DNA from: an uncultured Bacilli bacterium | GTDB taxonomy: Bacteria > Bacillota_I > Bacilli_A > RF39 > UBA660 | NCBI GenBank assembly: GCA_934176955.1 | Contig: CAKPOS010000007.1 | Location: forward strand, 15,328-79,327 | Length of the DNA: 64,000 nt | Reading direction: 5' to 3' | Part shown: positions 26,905 to 36,381 of the stretch, piece by piece | How positions within the stretch are numbered: the stretch's first letter is position 1 | How the letters are laid out: every line of letters begins with the position of its first letter | Notes under the pieces: model-generated | What the model saw: only the letters and a program-made list of their open reading frames with translations | What the model was told of the DNA's origin: nothing | Databases searched by the model: none | Made by a program: the position numbers and the translations under genes

Positions 26905-27849
26905 ATGAATGTTATTGTTTCAAATTTGAATGGTGATAAATTTGATAATTTAAATGTTGATATTATTAAATCCATTAGTGGTGAATTTACTATTGATGAG
27001 ATTGTTCAAACTTTTTCTAATTTTTTCTTTAATAAAATGTTTTTAGATATTACTGCTATTCAAAATTATACAAATATTAATAATATTAAGCAATTATCTG
27101 TTGGACTTGATGTCAGTAAAATTATTCTTTTACTTAATAATGATCCAATTGTTAATGGTGATGGTTATATTTCTAGTTTGATTAGTATGGGAATATATAA
27201 TTTTGCTAGGACAGAAGAAGAATTAATTTATCTTTATAATAATCCAAATAGTTATCGAGATGTTGCTCATTTGCAAAAAATAGCTAATGTCCAATCTTTT
27301 AATCTTGAAAAAATAGCTAGTGATGTTAGAGTTATTGGGTTTCGAAATTTTACTAGTCATGCTGGTTCGACTTCTTTAATTTATATGTTAAAGCAGCAAT
27401 TGTCTAAACATTATTATACTGTTGCTATAGAAGTAAACAAAAAAGATTTTATGTTTTATGGAGATAAAAATATGATTTCTTGTAGTGAACGAGATATTAG
27501 TAATGTCATTTTACAATATAGAGATGCCAATGTTATATTAGTTGATTTAAATAATATGGATATTTCATCTTGTCATTCTATTTGTGGAGATATTATTTAT
27601 TTAATGGAGTCTTCTGTTTTAATGATTAATAAATTAGTAATGTTGGATAATGATTGTTTTGATAAAGTATTAAATGCAAAAGTTGTGTTAAATCGTTCAT
27701 TATTAAATCAACGTGATGTTGAACAGTTAGCCAAAGAAGCTGGAATATCGTTTTTTTCTGTATTACCTCCAATGAATGATCGAGTAGATAATTCAGAAAT
27801 ATTATTTCCTTTTTTAGAAAAATTAAAATTATATAAAAAAGTATCTTAA
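26905..27849 (+). CDS. Possible TadZ/CpaE-like ParA/MinD-fold protein with degenerate P-loop
   Basis: VIGFRNFTSHAGSTSLIYMLKQQL occupies the place of the ParA-type KGGxGKT loop and ILVDLN the place of Walker B. Last gene of the cluster. Weak, position-based call. Confidence 0.3.
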   Translation: MNVIVSNLNGDKFDNLNVDIIKSISGEFTIDEIVQTFSNFFFNKMFLDITAIQNYTNINNIKQLSVGLDVSKIILLLNNDPIVNGDGYISSLISMGIYNFARTEEELIYLYNNPNSYRDVAHLQKIANVQSFNLEKIASDVRVIGFRNFTSHAGSTSLIYMLKQQLSKHYYTVAIEVNKKDFMFYGDKNMISCSERDISNVILQYRDANVILVDLNNMDISSCHSICGDIIYLMESSVLMINKLVMLDNDCFDKVLNAKVVLNRSLLNQRDVEQLAKEAGISFFSVLPPMNDRVDNSEILFPFLEKLKLYKKVS

Positions 27850-27871
27850 CTACAGGATGTAGTTTTTTTTT
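27848..27871 (+). terminator. Rho-independent terminator ending the Tad-like cluster
   Basis: AACTACA-GGA-TGTAGTT hairpin followed by T9. Confidence 0.65.
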
Positions 27872-27946
27872 AGTTAATTATATTGTTAGGTATATTTTTC
27901 TTGTGTATACTTAGTTTAAGTAAAACATTAGTAGAGGAAGATTATA

Positions 27947-29401
27947 ATGAAGAAGTATCGTTTATTTGGAGTAATATCTATTATTTTTTTATGTATTGGG
28001 CTTACTTATAAGTATTTTCAAACTGATACATTTTATATGATTAAATTAGGAGATTTTATTTATCATCATGGGATTGATTTTTTTGATCATTATTGTTGGG
28101 TAACTAAGCTACCTTATACTTATCCTCATTGGCTTTATGACTTGTTTATTTATCTAATTTATTCTAAGTCTGGTTATTTTGGAATTTATGTAAGTACTAT
28201 TGTTACTTATATTATACTTTGTTTATTTATTTATTATGTTAGTTTAAAATTAATTAAGAATGAGTTCTTTTCCTTAGTGCTTTCTATTGTTTGTGTGTTT
28301 CGATTGTCGATGTTTGCTGTTGCTAGGGCTCAATTAATTAGTTTGATTGGTTTTGTTTTAGAATTTTATTTTATTTGTAGATTAGTTGAAACTGGCAAGA
28401 AAAAGTATTCTATCTTTTTGTTTTTGATTTGTCTATTAATTGCTAATGTACATGCGACAGTTTGGCCTTTTTTCTTTATTCTTTTTCTTCCTTTTTTTGG
28501 AGAGTATATTTGTGCAGAATATTTAAAAGTGCAAAAAAATTTTAAATTAAAAATTGAAAAAGTTTCTCATATTCGATTATTAAGTATTACCTTTGGAATT
28601 AGTTTATTTTTAGGAATTTTTTCTCCAAGTAAGATATGTTATACTTATATTTTTAGAATTATGGTAGGGGATAGTCAAAAATACTTACTTGAGCATTTTC
28701 CTTTAACCGTTATTGAACATCCTTATTTTCTTATAATGATTTTAATTTTGTGTGTGGTTTTAATTTTTACTTCTACTAAAATATATTTAAGAGAATTATT
28801 TATGATAGGTGGACTAATTTTTATGTCTTTATCTTCTATTAGGCACCTTTCTTTTTTCTATACGATTGGGATTATTGAGATTAGTATTGTTTGCATGCGT
28901 GCTCTTAATGGACTTCATGATTCTACTTTTGATATTTTAGGAAAGATACTCATTGACAATAAGGGGTTATATTGCATTCTTCTTTTAGGAATAGGTATTT
29001 TTTCTTACTATCAATTTTTAAATCATTCTAAAGAAGAATTTGTTTTAAAAAAAGATTATCCTGTTGATGCAGTTAATTATGTAAAAGAAAATTTAGATGT
29101 TAAAAATATTAAGTTATATAATGGTTACAATTATGGTAGTTATTTGTTATTTCAAGATATTCCTGTTTTTATTGATGCAAGATGTGATTTGTATTTAAAG
29201 GAATTTAATGGAATGAATTATAGTATTTTTGATGAAATGGAGGATATTCCTAAAAATTATGAGAAAATTTTTAAAAAATATGGAGTTACCCATGTTTTAA
29301 TTAGTAAGAAAGAAACATTATTTCTGATTTTAAGGAAAGATGTTCATTATAAAGTTTTATATCAAGATAAGTATTTTATTTTATTTGAGAAAAATTTTTA
29401 G
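27947..29401 (+). CDS. Polytopic membrane protein, putative GT-C-type glycosyltransferase
   Basis: About 11 predicted TM helices followed by a soluble C-terminal domain. Precedes three GT-C-like paralogues. No catalytic motif firmly recognised. Confidence 0.35.
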   Translation: MKKYRLFGVISIIFLCIGLTYKYFQTDTFYMIKLGDFIYHHGIDFFDHYCWVTKLPYTYPHWLYDLFIYLIYSKSGYFGIYVSTIVTYIILCLFIYYVSLKLIKNEFFSLVLSIVCVFRLSMFAVARAQLISLIGFVLEFYFICRLVETGKKKYSIFLFLICLLIANVHATVWPFFFILFLPFFGEYICAEYLKVQKNFKLKIEKVSHIRLLSITFGISLFLGIFSPSKICYTYIFRIMVGDSQKYLLEHFPLTVIEHPYFLIMILILCVVLIFTSTKIYLRELFMIGGLIFMSLSSIRHLSFFYTIGIIEISIVCMRALNGLHDSTFDILGKILIDNKGLYCILLLGIGIFSYYQFLNHSKEEFVLKKDYPVDAVNYVKENLDVKNIKLYNGYNYGSYLLFQDIPVFIDARCDLYLKEFNGMNYSIFDEMEDIPKNYEKIFKKYGVTHVLISKKETLFLILRKDVHYKVLYQDKYFILFEKNF

Positions 29402-29415
29402 GATTGGGTGTATAA

Positions 29416-30723
29416 ATGAGAAGATTTTTTCAATATTTATTTTTGTTTTTTTTAGCTTTTTCTTTTTTCTTTTTAATTGCTATTATTAGGCCTGTGTGGT
29501 GTGATGAAATTTGGGTATATGGTTTTAGTCATAACATATCAGAAGGAATGGTAATTTATCGAGATTTTAATGCATTACAGATGCCGTTATATTTTTTTAT
29601 ATCTAGTTTTTTTCTTTTTATTTTTGGTGATTATGTTATTAGTACTCATTTGTTCGATTGTATTTTGATTGGTCTTTTATTTTTGATGATGTATAAAAAA
29701 ATTGGAATTAAATCAATATTTATTTTATTTATTCTTACTATTGGTTATAGTGGTTATAATTTATTATCTTTATTTTTATTGATGAGTATTTTATTTTTTA
29801 TTGATGCTGGTAAATATCATGATTTTCTAATAGGACTTCTTGTTGGTTTAATTTTTATTACTAAACAGAATATTGGTATTGCTTTATTTGTTCCCTATAT
29901 TTATTATTCTAAAAAGAAATTTCGGAGTATATTTTATTTTTTCATTCCATTTTTAATTATTAGTTTTTATTTTATATTGACTTCTTCGTATTTTTCTTTT
30001 TTAGACTGTGTTTTTGGGAGTATGTTTGATTTTAATCAACAAAATAAAAAACTATTTTTTTCTTTTTTATTGATTGAATTTTTTGTTATTTGTCATTTGT
30101 TAATATTGATAAATAAAAATAGGTCTTATGATAAAAGATTATTGTATACCATGTTTTTTCAAGTTATTTCTTATCCAATTTGTGATGATAGTCATTTGTT
30201 TTTAGCATTAATTCCTTATTTTTATATTTTATTTAGTTATCCATTCGATAAGAAAAAATTCTATTTTCTGTTATTTTTTATTTTTTATTCCTTTTATTCA
30301 CTTTTTTTAAAGCCATTTGATGTTTCTTTTGAAAATAATTCTTTTTATTTAAGAAATTTATCTACTGTTAAAATGGAATTTTTAGATGATTTTTCTTATT
30401 TTTCAAAAAAATATGATTATTCCTACTTTATTGATTGGCAAGCTTATGTTTATAAAATTTATTATCGAAAGCCAATTGATCGATTTGATTTTATGCTTAG
30501 TGGAAATTGTGGATATCATGGAGTGAGAAAATTGATTAAGGAAGTTGAGAATTCTTGTCAAAAGGAAACTTGTTTATTTGTTATTTATCAAGATGATTTT
30601 AATAGTTCAATCTCTCAATGGAAGGAGATTATTGATTATGTAAAAAATCATTATTCATCTATTGAGATTGATGATGGATTTTATTTGTTAGGAAATGAGG
30701 ATTATATTCATGAAAAAGAATAA
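29416..30723 (+). CDS. GT-C-like (ArnT/PMT-like) membrane glycosyltransferase, paralogue A
   Basis: First extracytoplasmic loop carries a DE motif (VWCDEIWVYGFSHNISEGMVIYRDF). Multiple TMs. C-terminal soluble domain with a conserved GNCGYHG...C...C block. Confidence 0.45.
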   Translation: MRRFFQYLFLFFLAFSFFFLIAIIRPVWCDEIWVYGFSHNISEGMVIYRDFNALQMPLYFFISSFFLFIFGDYVISTHLFDCILIGLLFLMMYKKIGIKSIFILFILTIGYSGYNLLSLFLLMSILFFIDAGKYHDFLIGLLVGLIFITKQNIGIALFVPYIYYSKKKFRSIFYFFIPFLIISFYFILTSSYFSFLDCVFGSMFDFNQQNKKLFFSFLLIEFFVICHLLILINKNRSYDKRLLYTMFFQVISYPICDDSHLFLALIPYFYILFSYPFDKKKFYFLLFFIFYSFYSLFLKPFDVSFENNSFYLRNLSTVKMEFLDDFSYFSKKYDYSYFIDWQAYVYKIYYRKPIDRFDFMLSGNCGYHGVRKLIKEVENSCQKETCLFVIYQDDFNSSISQWKEIIDYVKNHYSSIEIDDGFYLLGNEDYIHEKE

Positions 30724-32065
30724 AAAAGATTTTGTTCGTTATCTTGCTATTTTTGTTTTAACTTTTATTGTTAGTTTTTTATATAAGGCTTTTTGTATTC
30801 CTATTACTGGGGATGAGATATGGAATTATGGATTTAGTTATAATCTTACAAAAGGGCTAATGATTTATCGGGATTTTAATTGTTTACAAACGCCGCTTTA
30901 TTTTATGATTAGTAGTTTTTTTATTCGAATTTTTGGAAATTATTTGGTTAGTGTTCATTTATTTGATTGTATTTTAATTTCTTTTTTAATGATAATGCTT
31001 TATAAAAGTATGGGATTCTATAAAAGTATTTTATTGTATACTGTTATTATTTTTAATTATTTTACTACTTATAGTTATTTTTGTATGTTTCTTTTATTTG
31101 TGATGATTTATTTGTTTGATAAAAATAAGGAGACTTGTGATGGAGTGATTTCCTTTTTATCGGGATTGATGTTGATTTCTAAACAGAGTATTGGATTACT
31201 GATGTTAATTCCTGTTTTGTTTTATAGTAAAAATAAAGTAAAGAATTTGATTATTTATTTATTGCCAATTTTTGTTTTAAGTATTTATTTGCTTTTTCGG
31301 GGTGCTTTTTTTGACTTTATTAATTATTGCTTTTTGGGGATAATTGATTTTAATGATCATAATAAGTTTTTTACCGTTTATTTTGTTATTGAAGTACTTT
31401 GCTGTATGTATTTATTGGTTAAGATTTTTCAATGTAAATTTAAGGATAAAAAATACTTATTTATCTTGATGTTTCAAGTTAATGCTTATCCTATTTTTGA
31501 TATTTCTCATTTTATTATTCCTTTTATTCCTGTTTTATATTGTATTTTAAAGGATTTTGATTTTGGGAGGTTAAGGTTTTATTATCGATTTTTAATTCTT
31601 GTTTTGTTTGTTTCTTTTCCTGTTATTTATGTTTTAAAATCTATTTTTTGTTATGATTATGTTGTTAGTTTTGATGTTAGTCATTATTTATTTTTGAGAA
31701 ATAAGGGAGATGTGAATAATGTTTTAGAAAAAGAATCAAAGGTGGTTAAGGAGTATTATCAAAAGTATGATTATTCTTTTTTGATTACTAGAAATAGTTA
31801 TGCGATTAAGCTTTATAATGATATTCCAATTGGTCAGTATGATTTATTGTTAAATGGCAATATGGGGTATCATGGTAGTCAGAGAATAGTAAAAGAAATT
31901 GATAATCTTTGTCAGAATAATTCTTGTGTGTTTTTTGTTGAGGATATGTCTAGTGAAAAAGATGGTCAATTTAGTAAGGTTATTTATTATTATGTATTGA
32001 ATCAATATCATCGAATTGCAGGGAATGGTAGTTTCTTTGTTTATGATAATCAAAAGAAAGAATAG
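30710..32065 (+). CDS. GT-C-like membrane glycosyltransferase, paralogue B
   Basis: ATG at 30710 (MKKNKKDF), in frame with the 30695 ORF. ITGDEIWNYGFSYNLTKGLMIYRDF; collinear with paralogues A and C. Confidence 0.45.
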   Translation: MKKNKKDFVRYLAIFVLTFIVSFLYKAFCIPITGDEIWNYGFSYNLTKGLMIYRDFNCLQTPLYFMISSFFIRIFGNYLVSVHLFDCILISFLMIMLYKSMGFYKSILLYTVIIFNYFTTYSYFCMFLLFVMIYLFDKNKETCDGVISFLSGLMLISKQSIGLLMLIPVLFYSKNKVKNLIIYLLPIFVLSIYLLFRGAFFDFINYCFLGIIDFNDHNKFFTVYFVIEVLCCMYLLVKIFQCKFKDKKYLFILMFQVNAYPIFDISHFIIPFIPVLYCILKDFDFGRLRFYYRFLILVLFVSFPVIYVLKSIFCYDYVVSFDVSHYLFLRNKGDVNNVLEKESKVVKEYYQKYDYSFLITRNSYAIKLYNDIPIGQYDLLLNGNMGYHGSQRIVKEIDNLCQNNSCVFFVEDMSSEKDGQFSKVIYYYVLNQYHRIAGNGSFFVYDNQKKE

Positions 32066-32082
32066 AAAGAGAGGTGATTTAG

Positions 32083-33429
32083 ATGAAGAAAAAAGAATTT
32101 TTAAAGTTGTTGCTTCTTTTTGCTATCTTTTTTATGATAAGTTTTTGTTATGGGGTGTTTTTTCTTCCTTTGAATGGTGATGAGATTTGGAATTATGGTT
32201 TTAGTTATAATATAGCAAAGGGATTGGTAATTTATCGTGATTTTAATGTTATGGTTACACCACTTTACTTTTTTCTTAGTAGTATTTTTATCCATTTATT
32301 TGGAATTTATTTGATTAGTATCCATTTGTTTGATTGTATATTAATTGGTTTTTTAGCAATTATTTTGTATAAGAGATTAGGGTTATATAAGTTGCTGTTA
32401 TTATATCCACTTATTATTATTTATTATTTTCCTTCTTATAATTATTTTTCTATGTTTCTTTTATTTGTGATTATTTATTTGTTAGATAGTCATGATAATA
32501 AATATTATGATGTTGTTTCGTTTCTTGCAGGTCTTATTTTCATTTCTAAACAAAGTATTGGAATGTTTTTGTTAATTCCTGTTTTGTTTTATAGTAAAAA
32601 TAGGTTAAAGAGTTTAGTTATCTATCTTATTCCTTTTTTTATTGTTAGTTTTTATCTTTTTATTCAAGGCGCTTTCTTTGAGTTTATTAATTATTGTTTT
32701 TTAGGGATGTTTGATTTTGGAAAGAGTAATTTAGAATTTAGTATTTTTTTCTGGTTAGAGGGTTTTTTATGTTTATATTTGATTATTCAAATGGTAAAGG
32801 GAAAGTTTAGAGATAAAAAATACTTATTTATCTTGATGTTTCAAGTTAATGCTTATCCTATATTTGATATGAATCATTTTGTTGTTTGTTTGGTGCCGGT
32901 TATTTATTGTGTGGTAAAAGAGTTTAATTTTATGCGATTGAGATTCTATTATCGATTCCTTTTGCTAGGGTGTGTTTGGAGTATTTTTGTAATCTATGTT
33001 TTAAAACTTATCTTTAGTTTGGATTATCGTATTAGTTTGGAAAGTGATAAATTTTGGTATTTGAGGAATAATAGTGGGAATGATATTTCTTTGAAAAAAG
33101 AGTCAGAGATAGTTGAAAAATATTATTCAAAGTATGATTATTTTTTTATTATAGGGAGTGGTAGTTATGCAATTAAGCTTTATAGTGGTATTCCGATTGG
33201 TCAATATGATTTGCTAGCTGATGGTAATTTAGGATATTATGGAGAAGAAAGGGTTATTGGAGAAATTGATTCTCTTTGTGGTAGTCATTCTTGTGGTTTT
33301 TTTGTGGAGAAACAGGAGTTTAAAAAATATAGTCAATTTAGCAAAAAAATTTATGATTATGTTTTAAGTCATTACAAAAAAATGTGGGGAAATGAATTTA
33401 TTTTTATTTATGATAATCAAAATACTTAA
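32083..33429 (+). CDS. GT-C-like membrane glycosyltransferase, paralogue C
   Basis: LNGDEIWNYGFSYNIAKGLVIYRDF. Shares a near-identical DNA stretch with paralogue B (AGATAAAAAATACTTATTTATCTTGATGTTTCAAGTTAATGCTTATCCTAT at ~31447 and ~32810). Confidence 0.45.
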   Translation: MKKKEFLKLLLLFAIFFMISFCYGVFFLPLNGDEIWNYGFSYNIAKGLVIYRDFNVMVTPLYFFLSSIFIHLFGIYLISIHLFDCILIGFLAIILYKRLGLYKLLLLYPLIIIYYFPSYNYFSMFLLFVIIYLLDSHDNKYYDVVSFLAGLIFISKQSIGMFLLIPVLFYSKNRLKSLVIYLIPFFIVSFYLFIQGAFFEFINYCFLGMFDFGKSNLEFSIFFWLEGFLCLYLIIQMVKGKFRDKKYLFILMFQVNAYPIFDMNHFVVCLVPVIYCVVKEFNFMRLRFYYRFLLLGCVWSIFVIYVLKLIFSLDYRISLESDKFWYLRNNSGNDISLKKESEIVEKYYSKYDYFFIIGSGSYAIKLYSGIPIGQYDLLADGNLGYYGEERVIGEIDSLCGSHSCGFFVEKQEFKKYSQFSKKIYDYVLSHYKKMWGNEFIFIYDNQNT

Positions 33430-33515
33430 GTTATTTTACCTATTGAGTAAAGTACTAGATAAGTATTTTAATTTTTTTTAAATCATGATATACTTAGAAT
33501 AAATAAGGAGGAATT

Positions 33516-33980
33516 ATGAAAAAGAGAATCATAATAGAAGAAGAAAATAATCCTAAGGAAAGTACTTTTCAACGAATTGTTCATCATCCATTTTTTGAGT
33601 GGCTACTGTATATGGTAGGGTATACGATTGTGTTAATTACGGTGTCGGTTTTATTTCAAAATCATTTTTATATTAATCCTAAGCATTTTGGAGTTTATGC
33701 GTTTTTGGCATCTGTTATTATTTATGTTTTGAATCAGACGATAAAGCCTATTTTGGTTTATGTTACTTTGCCAATTACGGCAATTACGATGGGGTTATTT
33801 TATCCTATTATTAATGTTTTAATTTTATATCTTGCTAGTTTTCTTTTAGGGAGTAATTTTCAAATTCATGGAATTATTTTGCCATTTTTGATTGCTATTT
33901 TGATTTCTATTTTAAATATGTTTATGGAAGGAATGATTATTAAGCCAATTATTTACAAAAGGAGAGTGAAGGATGAATAG
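33516..33980 (+). CDS. DUF360/YvlD-like (phage holin family 4-like) membrane protein
   Basis: 154 aa with four TM helices and the GY..V......F pattern. Upstream of and overlapping lgt. Confidence 0.45.
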   Translation: MKKRIIIEEENNPKESTFQRIVHHPFFEWLLYMVGYTIVLITVSVLFQNHFYINPKHFGVYAFLASVIIYVLNQTIKPILVYVTLPITAITMGLFYPIINVLILYLASFLLGSNFQIHGIILPFLIAILISILNMFMEGMIIKPIIYKRRVKDE

Positions 33981-34779
33981 GGTATTAGTTCAGATTGGTC
34001 CGATTACTGTTTATTGGTATTCTTTTTTGATATTAGTTGCAGTGATTGTTGGCTATCAAATTGTTGTTTCTTATAGTAGGAAGATTAGTTATAAGACGAA
34101 TGAAATTATGGATATGGTGTTATATCTTGTGATTTTTTCTATTATTGGGGCTAGAGCGTATTATGTTATTTTTAATTTTTCTCTTTATCAAGATGATTTG
34201 TTATCTATTTTTATGATATGGAAGGGTGGTCTTGCAATTTATGGGGGAGTTATTGCGGGTATTCTTTATATTTTGTATTATTGTAAGAAGAAGAATTTAA
34301 ATTTTCTTCGGGTACTGGATATTTATTCTTTGTCTTTATTGTTAGGGCAAGCTATTGGTCGATGGGGAAATTTTTTTAATCAAGAAGCTTATGGTGGAAA
34401 GACTACATTAGCTGCTTTGAAGTCGTTGCATTTGCCTCAATTTATTATTGATGGAATGTATATTGATGGTTTTTATCGTCAACCAACTTTTTTATATGAG
34501 TCTATTTGGTGTTTGATTGGTGTATTTATATTAATTCGTATTCGTAAAAAGTATGAGAATCAGTTTGGGAGACAAGTTTCTTTTTATTTAATTTGGTATG
34601 GGATAGGAAGACTTTTTATTGAGGGACTTCGGAGTGATTCTTTATATTTGGGAATATTTAGAGTTAGTCAACTTGTTTCTGTTGCTATGGTAGTTATCGG
34701 TTGCTTTTTGTCCTTTCGGATAAAACATCGTGGGGGAGTTCAAAATAAAATAATAGGAGGAGAAGATGGAAGAATATAA
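33973..34779 (+). CDS. lgt: Prolipoprotein diacylglyceryl transferase
   Basis: YWYSFLI, WKGGLAIYGGVIAG and GRWGNFFNQEAYG are Lgt signatures. Confidence 0.9.
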   Translation: MNRVLVQIGPITVYWYSFLILVAVIVGYQIVVSYSRKISYKTNEIMDMVLYLVIFSIIGARAYYVIFNFSLYQDDLLSIFMIWKGGLAIYGGVIAGILYILYYCKKKNLNFLRVLDIYSLSLLLGQAIGRWGNFFNQEAYGGKTTLAALKSLHLPQFIIDGMYIDGFYRQPTFLYESIWCLIGVFILIRIRKKYENQFGRQVSFYLIWYGIGRLFIEGLRSDSLYLGIFRVSQLVSVAMVVIGCFLSFRIKHRGGVQNKIIGGEDGRI

Positions 34780-35647
34780 AGTTATTGTTATTGGGGCTGG
34801 TATTAGTGGTATTTCTTGTGCAATTTATTTGAAGCGTGCTGGTATTTCTACTTTGTTGATTGAAAATAATGCTCCTGGTGGTCAGTTGAATAAAATTAGT
34901 AGTATTGAAAATTATCCTGGTTATGAAGAGGTTAGTGGTTCTGATTTAATAATGAATTTGTATTCTCAGGTGATGAAGACTGGGGTTTGTTTTGTTAGTG
35001 ATGAGATTAAAAAAATTGATTACAAGAAGAAACAAGTGATGACTAAAGATAAGTGCTATGGGTTTACTTATTTGGTTTTTGCTACAGGTAGGAGAGAGAG
35101 GCTTTTACATCTTAATCATGAAGAGAAACTTTTAGGAAGAGGAATTAGTTTGTGTGCTACTTGTGATGGTGCCTTTTATCGTGGGCTTGATGTGATGGTT
35201 GTTGGGGGAGGAAGTAGTGCTGTTAGTGAGGCACTTTATTTATCCAATATTTGTCATCATGTTTATTTGGTTTATCGAAAAAGTACTTTAAGGGCTGAGG
35301 ATATTTTAAAAAAGCGTCTTTCTTTGAAAGAGAATGTTACGATTTTATATGATGAGGAAATTTTGAAGTATTTATATGATGAGGAAAAGGTGACTGGGGT
35401 TTTATTAAAGAGCGGGAAAGAGATTCAAGTTGCGGGAATTTTTTTGGCAGTTGGTTCTATTCCTAATAGTGAGTTATTTACTGGTAAAAAAAGAGATGGC
35501 TATATTATTGTTGATCAAAATGGGAAAAGTAGTATTCCTGATGTTTATGCTTGTGGAGATGTTATTTCGAAAGAGGTATATCAATTGGTGACAGCTAGTC
35601 ATGATGGGGTTATGGTTGCTAGTGATATTATTAAGAAATGTGTTTAG
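34766..35647 (+). CDS. trxB: Thioredoxin-disulfide reductase
   Basis: FAD site VIVIGAGISG, redox-active CATCDG, NADPH site VVGGGSSAVSEA, C-terminal ACGDV. Confidence 0.85.
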   Translation: MEEYKVIVIGAGISGISCAIYLKRAGISTLLIENNAPGGQLNKISSIENYPGYEEVSGSDLIMNLYSQVMKTGVCFVSDEIKKIDYKKKQVMTKDKCYGFTYLVFATGRRERLLHLNHEEKLLGRGISLCATCDGAFYRGLDVMVVGGGSSAVSEALYLSNICHHVYLVYRKSTLRAEDILKKRLSLKENVTILYDEEILKYLYDEEKVTGVLLKSGKEIQVAGIFLAVGSIPNSELFTGKKRDGYIIVDQNGKSSIPDVYACGDVISKEVYQLVTASHDGVMVASDIIKKCV

Positions 35648-35660
35648 GAAGTGATTTTTT

Positions 35661-36194
35661 GTGTTTCAGAAAAATTTTAGTTTGAGTACGGTTTTAATGG
35701 GGATTTTGTATTTTGTTTTGGGGATTGTTTTTATTGCGGCTACGGATGAATTACTGAAGACTTTTAATTATATTTTAGTTTGTATTTGTGCTGTGATTGG
35801 GGTTGTTCAAATTTTAGCGTTTTTTTTAGAGAAAGATTATCAGAAGAATAATTATACGGATTTATTAATTGGGGTTGTTTTTATTTGGGTTAGTTTAGTT
35901 TTATATATTTATTATGGCTTTATGATCAATATTTTACCTATTTTGTTTAGTTTATATTTGTTTGTTATGGCAATTGAAATGTGGGTAAGATATGTTCATT
36001 TAAAAGAGTTTGTTAATATTCGAAGAGGAAAGTATTTGTTTCTTGGATTTGTAGCAATTGTTGTTGGATTATTGCTTATCTTTAATCCAGGAGGGGTTAT
36101 TTTAACTTATTTAAAAGTTACTGGGGTTTATTTAATTTTAGTATCTTTATTATATTTTTCGTTGTGTTTTCATTTTCTTAAGAATCGGTCATGA
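35661..36194 (+). CDS. DUF308/HdeD-like small polytopic membrane protein
   Basis: GTG start. Six hydrophobic helices in 177 aa. No other motif. Confidence 0.35.
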   Translation: MFQKNFSLSTVLMGILYFVLGIVFIAATDELLKTFNYILVCICAVIGVVQILAFFLEKDYQKNNYTDLLIGVVFIWVSLVLYIYYGFMINILPILFSLYLFVMAIEMWVRYVHLKEFVNIRRGKYLFLGFVAIVVGLLLIFNPGGVILTYLKVTGVYLILVSLLYFSLCFHFLKNRS

Positions 36195-36238
36195 TATTAG
36201 TTCATAAAGTTTATTGATTTGAATAAGATAAAGTAAGA

Positions 36239-36277
36239 GTTAGTCAAAAAATAATTTGGTTTGATTAACTTTTTTTG
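36239..36277 (+). terminator. Rho-independent terminator
   Basis: GTTAGTCAAA / TTTGATTAAC stem (one G-U pair) followed by T7. Confidence 0.55.
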
Positions 36278-36293
36278 TTTACTACCAAGATAA

Positions 36294-36307
36294 CGAACAA
36301 TTGTTCT
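36294..36307. promoter_or_regulatory. LexA (Cheo/SOS) box candidate CGAACAATTGTTCT
   Basis: Matches the Bacillus-type GAAC-N4-GTTC consensus. Embedded in a longer palindrome AGATAACGAACA/TGTTCTTTATCT. Lies 7 bp upstream of the -35 of the yqeG operon promoter. Confidence 0.45.
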
Positions 36308-36314
36308 TTATCTG

Positions 36315-36343
36315 TTGACTTTGAGAAAATAAAATGATAAAAT
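36315..36343 (+). promoter_or_regulatory. Sigma-A promoter of the yqeG-yqeH-mrnC-rlmB cluster
   Basis: TTGACT (36315-36320), 17-bp spacer, TGaTAAAAT extended -10 (36335-36343). Confidence 0.6.
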
Positions 36344-36381
36344 CTATGATGTGTGTATGAAGAAGAAAGAGGGGGAATGAG

